Positions 45,808 through 56,250 are shown, numbered from the stretch's first letter. The stretch is 61,604 nt of DNA from Acidimicrobiia bacterium (GCA_041576165.1 JBFGLM010000029.1:1-61604); one strand, 5' to 3'. Numbers and translations: made by a program. Notes: a model not told the origin generated them from the letters alone.

Positions 45808-48270
45808 TCAGTGGATGGCGGGTTCCAAGCTCGTGTCGAACTTCGGGATGAAGTCGGGGTCGTCAGGCGTTCTGACCACACCATCTGCGTTCCGACCGCC
45901 CAACCCCGGCCCATTGGTGTAGTCCTGCCAGGCCTGACGGAATTCGTTGAGTCGATTGATGGCCGGCACATGTGCTGCGGAGTTGGGCGGTCCGCTGCGC
46001 ACCAGCAGCACAAACGCCATGGTCTTGACGTCCGCGCACGGTCCCAATTGCCCACCGAGGTTCTCCGAGAAACACGCCTCAACCGGCCCTATGTCGTTCT
46101 CATCGCCGATCGCTGGAATGCGTGCACCCAGCGTCGGCGCCCCGAGAATGTCGCCCACAATCGTGATGTCGTCCACTGTGAGATCAACCCGCTTCCCGCA
46201 AAAGGCGATGTCGTCGACGTTGAAGGTCGTGCCGCTCACGAAGTTGACCGGGAAATCATCCAACTGACGGCCGTCGATAGGCGAGGTCGGCTGGTCGACA
46301 TACCAGAACGGGCTCACCTCATCGGCGGTTCGAACGCCCATCAGGTACTGGTCGAGCTCGGTGGCGCCGTCGACGAGCTCGTCCGGCTCCGTGAGGAACG
46401 CACCTTTCTCCTGGCCGGCGCAGGCAGCTATGGCGTCTTCAATCTCGCCCTTCGGATCATCGAGGATCGTGCTCGGATCGTTGAGGTCCACGATGTCCCC
46501 GTCTGCGTTGAACCCCAGCTCGATGATGGCGTTGCCCTCCATTCCAGAGAAGCGGGGGTTGCCGTCGGCCGCTGCCAACGGGCTGTTGACGACGCGGGTA
46601 TTGAAGAAGGTGCTCCAGTGCGCCAGATCGCGGCCCAGCAGATCAAAGCTGTCTGGAATGGCGATGCCGAATTCCGGATGAAAGAACACAGGGAACGCAC
46701 CCCAACGGTGGTCCGCCTCCTGGAACATGATGCTCACCGGGCTGTTGAGGCTGTAACGCAATGCTCCCTGCGGCGCCCGCGCTTCCGTGTGCGGGTTCTC
46801 ATGGATGAGCGCCCGACCGTGGTGGGTATACCCCGTGGAGTCGCCCGGTCCGGTGATGTCCACCATGCCAAACAGCTCATACGGCGCCGTGTTCGGCGTG
46901 ATCTTGCCGCCCAGGAACGAGGTCAACCGCGGGCTCGTCGTCACTGCGAACTTGTGGACCTGAGGGTCGATGTACTGATCCGCGCTGTTCCCGGCCCAGA
47001 GGTTGATGTTGTTCATCCAGATGAAGCTCTCGAGCTCGCCTGCGCTCCCCAAAAGCCCGGATGCATCGAATATCGGTTGTCTCAAACCGAGCGTCTGATT
47101 CTGGATGCCCGCGTGGAATGCGGTGCCACCGCCAAAGATCGCGAAATCGGTGAACGCGACAATCGCGTCGTATTTGTCGGCGTGGGACTTGTAGAACTCT
47201 TGGCTCAGCTGCACGAGGTCAAATGTTTCAGCCGATCCCGCAGAGAACTCCTCGAAGATGGCACCGGCCATCAGCGTTGCCGGTAGGCCCGCAGTCATGT
47301 CGATCTCGTTGAGCGGCCCCTCCGCGTTGCCCTCAGCGATCCCGGTTACCGCTTCGAGGTTTCCCCCGTCGCCTCCGATGAGCGCCGAATCGAGGTCTCC
47401 ATAGACGAAGTCAACGCTGCCGTCGGCATGGAGCAATGCCTGAATGGTGTTCGTCGGCACACCCGAGCATCCCGAGCCGGCGCCGCGCTGGAAGTGAACG
47501 ACTTCATTCCAGGTGACGATGACCGGATACGTCGCCGCATTGGCATGCACGGTGCCCCCGCAGGTCGGGTCGAGATCGGTGAGCAATGCCGACAGGCGGG
47601 GCGGTCCACCGATGTGGCGCGCCGCGTTGCGGAGTGTGCTCGTGCCATCACCCACTCCAAACGTGATATGGCCGTCAGACCCCACGAAGATCTCGCTGTA
47701 GGTGGCGCCCAGGAAGCTGAACGACCCTGGGAGAGAAACCATGGCGAAATCGTCGTCGCCCAGGCCCAGGTCCAGGCCAATGTCGGTGTTGATGGCCTGA
47801 CCTTCAGACAGCTCGACCAAGAACTCGTCGGAGGCGCCAGGTGTGTAGCTGATGCGCATATCCGGCTCGAGATCCAGCGGGTTGGCTGCCCGAGCCGGGA
47901 CGATGATCGAGCCGTTGTCCACCACCACGGCGATATCCAAGGTTCCGTCGCCGTCCACATCGACGTCCAAACTCTCGGCCGCCGGCCCGTTCCCGGCGCC
48001 GGTCGTGGCCAGCCGTTGCTGATTGCGGTGGTGAGTCAGGACAGCCTGGGCGTACGCCTCCCGTGAGCCAGGCTCATTGAGGTTCGAGACCACCCCGTCT
48101 TGCCCGCGGCCGGCCGCGTCGGCATTGAAGTAGACACCGGCCTTGTCTCCGCTGGAACTGCTGAGCACGCTCCCGGGCTCAAAAGCATCGGCCCCGTATT
48201 GCACGTCGGCATTCGCTGTCAGTGCCGGCAAGACGGCTAGGAATGCCACTATCGGAATGATCCGTCGCAT
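45808..48270 (-). CDS. Large secreted protein with a nidogen-like beta domain and a zincin-like domain carrying QExxH
   Basis: Signal peptide MRRIIPIVAFLAVLPALTANA; DVDVDGDGTLD loop; F.FLG..Y..IFVGSDGHITFG (NIDO-like); QEADHRW...HWS...LDQYLMG. Confidence 0.65.
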   Translation of the reverse strand: MRRIIPIVAFLAVLPALTANADVQYGADAFEPGSVLSSSSGDKAGVYFNADAAGRGQDGVVSNLNEPGSREAYAQAVLTHHRNQQRLATTGAGNGPAAESLDVDVDGDGTLDIAVVVDNGSIIVPARAANPLDLEPDMRISYTPGASDEFLVELSEGQAINTDIGLDLGLGDDDFAMVSLPGSFSFLGATYSEIFVGSDGHITFGVGDGTSTLRNAARHIGGPPRLSALLTDLDPTCGGTVHANAATYPVIVTWNEVVHFQRGAGSGCSGVPTNTIQALLHADGSVDFVYGDLDSALIGGDGGNLEAVTGIAEGNAEGPLNEIDMTAGLPATLMAGAIFEEFSAGSAETFDLVQLSQEFYKSHADKYDAIVAFTDFAIFGGGTAFHAGIQNQTLGLRQPIFDASGLLGSAGELESFIWMNNINLWAGNSADQYIDPQVHKFAVTTSPRLTSFLGGKITPNTAPYELFGMVDITGPGDSTGYTHHGRALIHENPHTEARAPQGALRYSLNSPVSIMFQEADHRWGAFPVFFHPEFGIAIPDSFDLLGRDLAHWSTFFNTRVVNSPLAAADGNPRFSGMEGNAIIELGFNADGDIVDLNDPSTILDDPKGEIEDAIAACAGQEKGAFLTEPDELVDGATELDQYLMGVRTADEVSPFWYVDQPTSPIDGRQLDDFPVNFVSGTTFNVDDIAFCGKRVDLTVDDITIVGDILGAPTLGARIPAIGDENDIGPVEACFSENLGGQLGPCADVKTMAFVLLVRSGPPNSAAHVPAINRLNEFRQAWQDYTNGPGLGGRNADGVVRTPDDPDFIPKFDTSLEPAIH

Positions 48271-48464
48271 GAGTCCCTTCCCCACAACCAGCGGCAACGC
48301 TCGGATCGGCGCCGCCCATCGCCGAACCTACACCTCTGGGCACCTCCGGTGAGAGGCAAATTGACCGAGATGGTTCTACTGGTCAACCAGGGACGGGACC
48401 TTCGCCGGGTATCCCGATTGCGGTCCGCCGGGTTACGGTCGTTATGGGCAAGTAAGGAGGTCGA

Positions 48465-48929
48465 ATGTCGGCCGAGCGAGTCCGCGAATATCTGCTGACG
48501 CACGGGATCGCCTACCGGGTGGACGAACACCCATTGGCGTACACCACCGCAAGGGTGGCGGAGTCAGAACATGTCTCGGCAAAGAAGATGGCCAAGCCCG
48601 TGATCGTGCTGGCCGATGGCCGGTTTGTGATGGCCGTGGTACCAGGTCACAAGCGGGTTGACCTCGACAAGGTGCGCAGCGCGGTGGGATGCGAGGAGGT
48701 GCGGCTGGCGACCGAGGCTGAGTTCTCCGCCACTTTCGACGATTGTGAGCCGGGCGCCGAACCGCCCATCGGCGGGCTATATGGCATGAAGACAATTGTC
48801 GATCAGCGGGTCGCGGGTGACCGGGTCATGTTCCGGGGTGGCAGCCATACAGAAGTGATCAGCATGGACGTTGAGGACTATCTGGCGCTCGCAGGACAGA
48901 ACATCGCCGACATCGCGGTCGGGGTCTGA
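48465..48929 (+). CDS. YbaK/EbsC family aminoacyl-tRNA deacylase
   Basis: AKPVIV, VRLATE.E, DCEPGAEPP.G, GGSHTE; AAGGAGG SD. Confidence 0.88.
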   Translation: MSAERVREYLLTHGIAYRVDEHPLAYTTARVAESEHVSAKKMAKPVIVLADGRFVMAVVPGHKRVDLDKVRSAVGCEEVRLATEAEFSATFDDCEPGAEPPIGGLYGMKTIVDQRVAGDRVMFRGGSHTEVISMDVEDYLALAGQNIADIAVGV

Positions 48930-49023
48930 GCGGGTAGCTTTCGAGCGGGCTGCGGACCATGCGAGGGCGGGGCGCCCGCGCGCAAAGGGACGTCCTCAAA
49001 GGGACGTTGTTTGCCAGTGACGG

Positions 49024-49052
49024 ACCGACCGCGAGTCGTCCTCGCGGTCGGT
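49024..49052. terminator. GC-rich hairpin between convergent genes
   Basis: ACCGACCGCGAG-tcgtc-CTCGCGGTCGGT, a perfect 12-bp stem. Confidence 0.6.
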
Positions 49053-49057
49053 TCGCG

Positions 49058-49552
49058 TCAGTGGTGTTCCAGCTCCTTCTCCTCTGCCGGCTCAGCGACC
49101 GTATCCGCCTCTCTGGTGAAATACACCCACGTGTGGATCGCCAGCCCGATACCCCATGGGATCGTCATGAGGTACGCGTAGTCGAGGCCGGTGCCGAGGG
49201 CGAAGTCCTGGGCCCACACGAATGCGTTGACCAGGATGAACACGCTGTAGTGCCATACCAGGTCGCCCCGCGGAGTCGCCTCGAGTGGCGTCCGCGACCG
49301 GCCCGCGATGACTAGGAACAGCCACCCGGCCAGCAAGACGATGCCTCCGATGAGGAGGAAGTAGGTCCACGCGGTAGAGATGTCCCCCACTCGCCACGAC
49401 CAATCGCCGCCGAGCCCGACGTATTCGTTCTCACTCCCGAACAGGATGAAGAACCCCAGGAAGGTCGCAACTGCGCCGATGACGCCCATCAGCCACTCGC
49501 CGGCCTTCCAGCCGTAGCCTCTCGTCTTTCCGAGAGCTGCGTCGAATCTCAT
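49058..49552 (-). CDS. Membrane protein with a C-terminal 2TM-like domain
   Basis: Four hydrophobic segments; WH..VFILVN and PWGIGLAIH motifs. Confidence 0.7.
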   Translation of the reverse strand: MRFDAALGKTRGYGWKAGEWLMGVIGAVATFLGFFILFGSENEYVGLGGDWSWRVGDISTAWTYFLLIGGIVLLAGWLFLVIAGRSRTPLEATPRGDLVWHYSVFILVNAFVWAQDFALGTGLDYAYLMTIPWGIGLAIHTWVYFTREADTVAEPAEEKELEHH

Positions 49553-49690
49553 CACACCTCCTCTCATGTCAAGACAACGCCTCGTGACGTATGGCGGTAA
49601 GGGGCGATGGTCACAGATTCGCCCACATTGGCGGCAGCATCGAACGGCCGAAGTGCCGCTCCGAGAAACCCCAACCCCGGCCGGGGAGGG

Positions 49691-52162
49691 TCAGATCTTC
49701 GGGAGCCTGAACCCCGACTTCTCTATCACGTAGCTGCGTGACTCTTCGACCATGCGCTTCACAGCATTCCAATCGACGTGGAGCAGTTCCCCGCCCCGCT
49801 TCATCAGCCGCCCGTTGATCAGGACGGTGTCGACGTTGCCGGTGTCCATGCCCGCCACAGCCGCCGTATAGGGGTTGTTGAGCGGAGTGACGTTCATACG
49901 GTCTGTTCGGAGCATCGTGATGTCGGCCTTCTTGCCGGGCGTCAGCGTTCCGACCGTGGATCCGAGGCCGTTCGCCTTAGCCCCCTCCAGGGTTGCCCAG
50001 GCCAAGACGTCCCGGGCCGGCACCGGAAGCGTGCCCGAGTTCGCCGCCAGCGCTCGCTGCAACGCCAGCGCCGAGCGCATCTGATTGAACATGTCGCTCG
50101 GAACGTTGGTCTCGACGTCGACACTCAGGCTGGGCGGCAGCCCCCGATCGAGGAACTTCTGCACTGGGGGCATGCCGTGGCCCATCATCATCTCGACCGG
50201 GAACGCCAGTGTGATCGTGCCCCCGGTATCGACGATCATCTGGATCTCGGTGTCATTCAGGCTGGTGCAGTGGATGTAGGTCGTGTCGGGGCCGAGCAAG
50301 CCGGCCTCACCGAACCGCTGGACCTTCTTGTCGAGGCCATACGATCCGACACCGACGTGCACGCTGATCCGAGCGTCTGCTTCCCGGGCCAGTTTCCAGT
50401 GATCCCGGGCGACCTCGAAATCGGTGAACTCGGGGCCAGGGGCTGCAAGCGCGAGTGTCAGCATCTGATCCTTGGACGTGAAGTGCTCGTTGGCGGCTCG
50501 CACGAACCAGCTGGGCTGGCGCTCCTCCCACTTCCCCCACCACGGGAACCCGTAGGCGAATACGGCCCGCAGGCCCGAGTCCTTCAACGCCTGAATCCCG
50601 GCCTCCGTGTGGGCCGGTGACGTCTGGATGTGCGACCAGTCGAGCAGACTGGTGATACCGGCGTCGATCGCGCCCAGGGCGGAGACGATATTCCCGGCGT
50701 AGACGTCTTCGGGCCGATACGCCGGAGCGAGCGTCCGAAGGACGAAGGAGATATAGCTCACTCTGCCTTCCAGCGGAACATCGGTGCCGATGTTGCGGAG
50801 AATGCCCTCCCAGATGTGACGATGCGTGTCGACGAAACCGGGAATGACGATCATCCCGGACGCATCGATCACCTCGGCCTCCCCGTTGGCGAGACCGGTC
50901 CCGACCTGGACGATCGTGTCCCCTTCGATCAGCACGTCTCCGGTGGGGAGGTCGCCAATTGCCGAATCCATGGAGAGGATGGTTCCACCTGTGATCAGCT
51001 TCCGGCCGGAGGGAACAACGCTGAAGTCCGTACCCGGCGGATACAGCTCGGGAATCTCGGCTTCGCCGGCAACGTTGGCACCGAGCACCAGGCGGCGGGC
51101 CCGGCGGTAGTTCCGCTTCACGAGTTCTTTGATGTCTCCCACCTGGAACAGGATGATTCCAAGCAATACGAGCACGCCGATGATCATGAGGCCGTGGTCC
51201 GGTGTCAGCCCGAGGAAAGGCAGGACGGTGATGATCAACGCAAGGAGCATCGAGGCCGTCAAAGTGCCAATGAAGGTCGCCCGCCCACCCGCCAACGACG
51301 CGCCACCGAGGACTGCCGCAGTGATGCTGTTGAGCGCGAAACTCGAGCCGATCTGAGCATTCCCGACCGGCGAACGCGACATCACGAAGAACGAGGCCAC
51401 CGCCGCGAATACCGCGGAGATGAGCAAGGCGCGAACTCGCATCCAGTTGGTGCGGACCCCGCTGCGTTTGGCCGATCGCTCGTCGAATCCGGTTGAGCGG
51501 AGTTTGAGCCCAGACCTGGTGGCGTGCAGCCAGTAGTCGAGCAGGATGGCACCGGCAACTACCCCTATGAACGCAACGGGAACGGGCCCAACGCTGGTCT
51601 TGAGGAAGTCGACGAAGCCGGGGTTGATCGTGCCGCTCGGGGTCTCCCGCAAAGTGAGAGAAATGCCGTCGAGGATGCTCAGCGTGGCCAGGGTGGCGAT
51701 GATTGATGGGATCTTGATTCCCCGGGTCAGGCCGGCGTTGACCAGCCCGACCGCCAGGCCACACCCCAGGATCGCTGCCACCCCCAGGACGATTTCGACA
51801 GTCGACGCGTCCGGAACGATGAGGTAAGAGGCGATGACGACCCCCAGGCTGATCATGGCCCCGATCGACAGATCCAGGTATCCCACGAGCAGGGCATGCG
51901 TTTGGGCCATGGCGGCGATTGCCAGTGGGATCCCGATGATGAGCACGCTCGTGACGTTGGCCGCGTTCAGAAAGCCATCGGTACGAGTGCTGGTGTAGAC
52001 AAGGACGAGACCGATCAGAGCGACCTGGAGGGCGATCGGCATCCACAACCGGACCTTGACGACCTTCCGCCACTTGTTCTTGTCGCGAGCGTTGCGCATG
52101 ACAAGGCGGACCAGCTGCCTGGCCCGGTCGACCGGAGTCCTAGCCGTGTATTCGCTGGTCAT
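49691..52162 (-). CDS. Fusion protein: RbsC-like ABC permease plus amidohydrolase (deaminase-like)
   Basis: N-terminal half GYLDLSIG, KIPSIIATLA, SITAAVLGGASL.GGR; C-terminal half PGFVDTHRH, GITSLLDW, IHC, SVD, GTLTPGKKAD; one continuous ORF. Confidence 0.85.
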   Translation of the reverse strand: MTSEYTARTPVDRARQLVRLVMRNARDKNKWRKVVKVRLWMPIALQVALIGLVLVYTSTRTDGFLNAANVTSVLIIGIPLAIAAMAQTHALLVGYLDLSIGAMISLGVVIASYLIVPDASTVEIVLGVAAILGCGLAVGLVNAGLTRGIKIPSIIATLATLSILDGISLTLRETPSGTINPGFVDFLKTSVGPVPVAFIGVVAGAILLDYWLHATRSGLKLRSTGFDERSAKRSGVRTNWMRVRALLISAVFAAVASFFVMSRSPVGNAQIGSSFALNSITAAVLGGASLAGGRATFIGTLTASMLLALIITVLPFLGLTPDHGLMIIGVLVLLGIILFQVGDIKELVKRNYRRARRLVLGANVAGEAEIPELYPPGTDFSVVPSGRKLITGGTILSMDSAIGDLPTGDVLIEGDTIVQVGTGLANGEAEVIDASGMIVIPGFVDTHRHIWEGILRNIGTDVPLEGRVSYISFVLRTLAPAYRPEDVYAGNIVSALGAIDAGITSLLDWSHIQTSPAHTEAGIQALKDSGLRAVFAYGFPWWGKWEERQPSWFVRAANEHFTSKDQMLTLALAAPGPEFTDFEVARDHWKLAREADARISVHVGVGSYGLDKKVQRFGEAGLLGPDTTYIHCTSLNDTEIQMIVDTGGTITLAFPVEMMMGHGMPPVQKFLDRGLPPSLSVDVETNVPSDMFNQMRSALALQRALAANSGTLPVPARDVLAWATLEGAKANGLGSTVGTLTPGKKADITMLRTDRMNVTPLNNPYTAAVAGMDTGNVDTVLINGRLMKRGGELLHVDWNAVKRMVEESRSYVIEKSGFRLPKI

Positions 52163-53754
52163 CGTGGGTCGCCCTCGGACGGAGCCTTGGGCATCGCCAC
52201 GCCCAATGGTGACCGCCCCGCCTTCGACAGGCCGGGGCCCCGCACGATTGCCTCGACGATGCGGACCTCGTCGAGCTCGTCACCGGGAATCTCTTCGATG
52301 ATCTGACCGCGCGACAGAACGAGCACCCGATCACACAAGCCGGCGAGCTCGAGCGGGTCGCTGGACTTGACGAGCACCGCCGCGCCCTCGTTGGTACGCG
52401 CCCGCAAGGCCTGATAGATGTCGAATCGCGAGCCGACGTCAACACCCTGCGTGGGCTCATAGGCGAGGATCACCGCTGGCTTCTTGACGAAGGTTCGGGA
52501 CACCACCACCTTCTGCTGATTGCCTCCGGACAGGAACTCGACCGGTTGCTCGAGCGACGGGGTACGGATCTCGAGTTCGGCGACGAGTTGCTGGACGGAT
52601 TTGCGCTCTGCGCGCCGGCGGAGGAAGTTGAGCGCGCTGTATTGACGAATCGATTGGATGGTCGAATTGACGCGCACTCCGAGCACTGTCATGAGCGCCT
52701 CCCGCTTGCGATCGCCGGGGAGCATCATGATTCCTGCGCCGATCGCCTCATGCGTCGAGATAAGCGTGAGCTCCTTGCCGTTGCATGCAACCCGGCCTGC
52801 CCGAGGGGGTGTCCTGCCCGACAGGGTGTCGAATAGTTGTGGCTGGCCGTTGCCCTCGGCACCGGCGACGCCGACGACCTCTCCGCTTTCGAGTGTGAAG
52901 CTGACCGGCCCGAACGATTGACCCTGCAGGGCGTCCACCACCAACACTTCGTGGCGCTGCTCTTCGGGCAGTGCGGCTGGGGGGAAGGCGCCTTCGAACG
53001 GCCGGCCAACGATCAGGTCAACCAGCTCGTGCTCGGTGGTGGCGTCTGCGTCGAATGTGCCCTGCGTCTCGCCGTCTCGGAGCACCGTTATTCGGTCGGC
53101 GATCTCCAGGACCTCGGGCAGACGGTGGCTGACATACACAATGCCGATTCCCCGCTCGCGGCACGCCGCAACGACCCGATGGAGATCTTCCACTTCGTCC
53201 GGGCCCAGCGCCGTGGTCGGCTCGTCGAGGAGCAGCACTTCGGGGTCCGAAACCAGTGCCTTCGCTACCTCGAACAGTTGCCGCTCGGCAAGCGTGAGCG
53301 TGCCGGCCGGCGCGTCAGGAAACAGCTCGAGGTCGAGATCGAACTCTCCGAGCAGCTTGCGCGCCCAGCGCTTCCGCTTCCAGTACGGTGGCCGCTTCTC
53401 GGGCGGGGCTGCCAGGAACAGGTTGTTCTTCACCGGCTCGGCCTGAATGAGCGACAGGTCCTGGTACGCCATCGCCAGTCCGAGTTTGCGGGCAAGCGCC
53501 GGCGAGTCGGTTCGCAAACGCTTGCCGCCGATGTAGATCTCGCCTAAATCCGGATCGACAAACCCGCTGGCAATCCCGAGGAGCGTCGACTTGCCCGAAC
53601 CGTTCTCGCCGACCAGAGCATGTACCTCGCCGGCCCGGCAATCGAAGTCGACGTTCGTGAGCGCCCGGACCGCCCCGAACTGGCGGGAGACCCCGCGCAG
53701 TTCGAGCACGAGGCCGTCGGGCGTCGACGCTCCCGAGGAATTCGCTCCGCTCAT
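52159..53754 (-). CDS. Sugar-type ABC transporter ATP-binding protein (double NBD)
   Basis: GENGSGKSTL, LLDEPT, SHRL, LSGGNQQKV, EPTQGVDVG. Confidence 0.93.
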   Translation of the reverse strand: MSGANSSGASTPDGLVLELRGVSRQFGAVRALTNVDFDCRAGEVHALVGENGSGKSTLLGIASGFVDPDLGEIYIGGKRLRTDSPALARKLGLAMAYQDLSLIQAEPVKNNLFLAAPPEKRPPYWKRKRWARKLLGEFDLDLELFPDAPAGTLTLAERQLFEVAKALVSDPEVLLLDEPTTALGPDEVEDLHRVVAACRERGIGIVYVSHRLPEVLEIADRITVLRDGETQGTFDADATTEHELVDLIVGRPFEGAFPPAALPEEQRHEVLVVDALQGQSFGPVSFTLESGEVVGVAGAEGNGQPQLFDTLSGRTPPRAGRVACNGKELTLISTHEAIGAGIMMLPGDRKREALMTVLGVRVNSTIQSIRQYSALNFLRRRAERKSVQQLVAELEIRTPSLEQPVEFLSGGNQQKVVVSRTFVKKPAVILAYEPTQGVDVGSRFDIYQALRARTNEGAAVLVKSSDPLELAGLCDRVLVLSRGQIIEEIPGDELDEVRIVEAIVRGPGLSKAGRSPLGVAMPKAPSEGDPR

Positions 53755-55118
53755 CCGCCGCCGAACATCAGTGACAACAGGGCGTCCGGGACCAGGGACG
53801 TTCCGGACACCGCTGGGGTCGCCCGATTCGGGTCGCAGTCGGCTGCGCTCACTTGCCGCATCACGTGCGGGACGACGATCTCTCCCGGGATCTCGGCACC
53901 CTGGAGGTGCATCATCGCCGCGGTCACCGCCACCCGTGACTGGAAGTTGCCTCCAGCGGAATACCAGATGTTGTAAGTGGGCTCGTTGCGTTCGACCCAG
54001 TCGCAGAACAGCGTCTGCTCATCCGTGCGCATCGCCAGCGTCAGGTTCTCGACCGGGATACCCAACTGGTCGTATGCCTGCAACGCGGTGTACATCCCAT
54101 CGGAGTACTCGTAGGCATAGCCCTTGATGTCGGGGTCGGTCGACAGCCAGCCGAGCACGACCTGCAGCGCAACGTCGTTGACCCAGAAGGTGTCGGCCGG
54201 GTCGCCGACGAGTTCGAGGCCGCCAACGGCAGGCAACAGACACTGCTGCCATCCGAGCGACAGCGCATTGCCGGGTGTCCCGCCCAGGACCCCGATCTTG
54301 CCCTCGCCGACGTTCTCGTTCAGAACAGCTGCCATGCTGTTTCCGAGCCCGCAGAGGTCTTCACCGACGACAGTGAGGTAATCCTGACCGGGAACGAGAG
54401 CCCCATCCTGACCCGGCAAGCCAACCCAGCCGGCCGACCACGGGATGTACGGCACGCCGGCCGCGGTCGCTTCCTTGATGGCGTCGCCGATGGCCACCCC
54501 GGCGTCCGGATAGCCGGTGATGAAATCGGCCCCGCTCTGTACCAGGAACCGGATGTCGTTGGCCGCAACAGCCGGGTCGGGGTCCCACAGCGCCTCCGTC
54601 GAGATGATCTTGCCGATCTCTGGATACGTGAGCGCCTGGAGGATCGCCTCCATGTGCGTCACCCCGCGCCATACATTGAGATGCCCGCCGCCGTCGGCGA
54701 AGCCCATGATGAGGTCGCCACCGGTGCCGGTGTCACACTCCTGGCTGTTCCAACATTCCATCGCCTTGTCGATCGTGGCCTGATCCAGGTTCTGACTGGC
54801 GCGCGCCACCGAGGCCAGGATGATGTCCCATCCCGGATCACCTTCAGGAGCCGCCACCGGGCCCATCGCCTTTTCCAGCAGCGCCGGATCGGCATCCCGG
54901 CTCTCCCCGTACTGAGCGAGCATGTCCTCATCGCCGGCGGCCGGTTCGGTGGTTTCGGTTGCAGCCTCGGTTGTTTCGGCGGCTGCAGTGGTCTCTGCGG
55001 CGGCCGTCGTCGTTTCCGAAGCGGCCTCAGTTGCCTCGGTGCTTTCATCGCCGCCGCCGCATGCGGCCGCAATGAGCGAAAACGCCGCCAGCACAGTGAT
55101 GAGCTTTGTCCGTCTCAT
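53751..55118 (-). CDS. ABC substrate-binding lipoprotein (LacI/RbsB-like fold)
   Basis: LIAAAC-GG lipobox, Glu/Thr stalk, DIRFLVQSGADFI..PD, LGGTPGN; GGAGGAG SD before ATG at 55118. Confidence 0.8.
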   Translation of the reverse strand: MRRTKLITVLAAFSLIAAACGGGDESTEATEAASETTTAAAETTAAAETTEAATETTEPAAGDEDMLAQYGESRDADPALLEKAMGPVAAPEGDPGWDIILASVARASQNLDQATIDKAMECWNSQECDTGTGGDLIMGFADGGGHLNVWRGVTHMEAILQALTYPEIGKIISTEALWDPDPAVAANDIRFLVQSGADFITGYPDAGVAIGDAIKEATAAGVPYIPWSAGWVGLPGQDGALVPGQDYLTVVGEDLCGLGNSMAAVLNENVGEGKIGVLGGTPGNALSLGWQQCLLPAVGGLELVGDPADTFWVNDVALQVVLGWLSTDPDIKGYAYEYSDGMYTALQAYDQLGIPVENLTLAMRTDEQTLFCDWVERNEPTYNIWYSAGGNFQSRVAVTAAMMHLQGAEIPGEIVVPHVMRQVSAADCDPNRATPAVSGTSLVPDALLSLMFGGG

Positions 55119-55194
55119 TTGCTCCTCCAACGGGCATGCCGCCCTGTCGTTTCCCGTCCCCGCAATCACCGGTACCGGGTCTCGTCTCCTCTTC

Positions 55195-56250
55195 TCAGCT
55201 TGTAGCGCCGATCGAGCTGTCTGTCCTGTCTCTGTCAGGGCGTCGATGTCGTCGCCGTTCGCGGAGGAGTTGCTCCACGCCTTTGATGATCCGATCGCCC
55301 GAAACCAACATGCCACCGATGATCACGAGCCCGAAGACGACGAACTGCAGCGCCGTCGGGAGCCCCATGACCCTCATCATCTGATTGAGTCCCGCCAGGA
55401 AGAATGCAGCGGACCACGTGGAGAGCGGGCTGGCCAGCCCACCCGTGAGCGAGGCACCTCCGATAACCACCGCCGCGATCGGGCCAAGGAGGTACGGGGC
55501 GCCGATCGTCACTCCCGGATTACGCAGCAGCGCAGCGATCAGCACACCTGCCACCGCATAGAGGGCCGCTGCGACCACGTAGGCGGCGATCTGGTTCAGA
55601 TTGACCCGCAGCCCACTGACCAGCGACGCCACGGGATTGGCACCCACCGCCTGGAATCGCCGACCGACGGTCGTGTACCGGAAACCGATGATGAGCAGGA
55701 TCGTCAGCACGACCCCCGTCCAGAAGATGCGAGAGACCCCGAGGAAGCGGACGTTCAGCCAATCCGCCAGCCCCGTGGGAACCGAGCTCTGGATCGCAAA
55801 CGTCTTGTGGTAGCGGTTCACGAGGCCCGTCACCACCTGGCCCACCGCGAGCGTAACGATCAGAGGGTTGAGCTTCAGCCCGCCGATCAGCAGACCGTTG
55901 ACCAGACCGACCACCGCCGCCAGCCCGATGCCGGTGGCGAGTGCAATCCAGATTCGATCGTCCGATTGCTGACCGACTCCCACCATGACGATCGCTCCGA
56001 GCGTGAACGTCCCGGGGACGCTCAGGTCGATACCGCCGGTCATGATCACCAGCATCTGGCCCAGCGACGTAATCGCGAGGAAGGTCCCGAACAACGACAC
56101 CGCAGTCAGCCCCGACCGAGCGAGGGTCGCCGGCGCCCAGATCGAAGCCACGAGAATGAGAACGAGGATGGCCAGGTACACCGGCATATAGCGCGACGCC
56201 ACAACGAACGAAGTGAGGGCGGAAGACGGGGCTCGGAGCGTGGTCATCAC
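55195..56250 (-). CDS. Sugar-type ABC transporter permease
   Basis: TGGIDLSV, LNPLIVTLA, GRRFQAVGAN, IAAVVIGGASL.GG. Confidence 0.92.
   Translation of the reverse strand: MMTTLRAPSSALTSFVVASRYMPVYLAILVLILVASIWAPATLARSGLTAVSLFGTFLAITSLGQMLVIMTGGIDLSVPGTFTLGAIVMVGVGQQSDDRIWIALATGIGLAAVVGLVNGLLIGGLKLNPLIVTLAVGQVVTGLVNRYHKTFAIQSSVPTGLADWLNVRFLGVSRIFWTGVVLTILLIIGFRYTTVGRRFQAVGANPVASLVSGLRVNLNQIAAYVVAAALYAVAGVLIAALLRNPGVTIGAPYLLGPIAAVVIGGASLTGGLASPLSTWSAAFFLAGLNQMMRVMGLPTALQFVVFGLVIIGGMLVSGDRIIKGVEQLLRERRRHRRPDRDRTDSSIGATS

Noticed and set aside
45775-47286. 503-aa plus-strand ORF
   Set aside because: Antisense shadow of the secreted nidogen-like gene
48361-48386. TTGACC-N14-GGTCAA inverted repeat
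   Set aside because: Single copy with no adjacent regulator; cannot be assigned
50307-52073. 588-aa alternative-frame minus-strand ORF
   Set aside because: Arg/Pro-rich off-frame translation inside the permease-amidohydrolase gene
55119-55316. N-terminal extension of the binding protein overlapping the permease
   Set aside because: A strong SD and a signal peptide begin at ATG 55118
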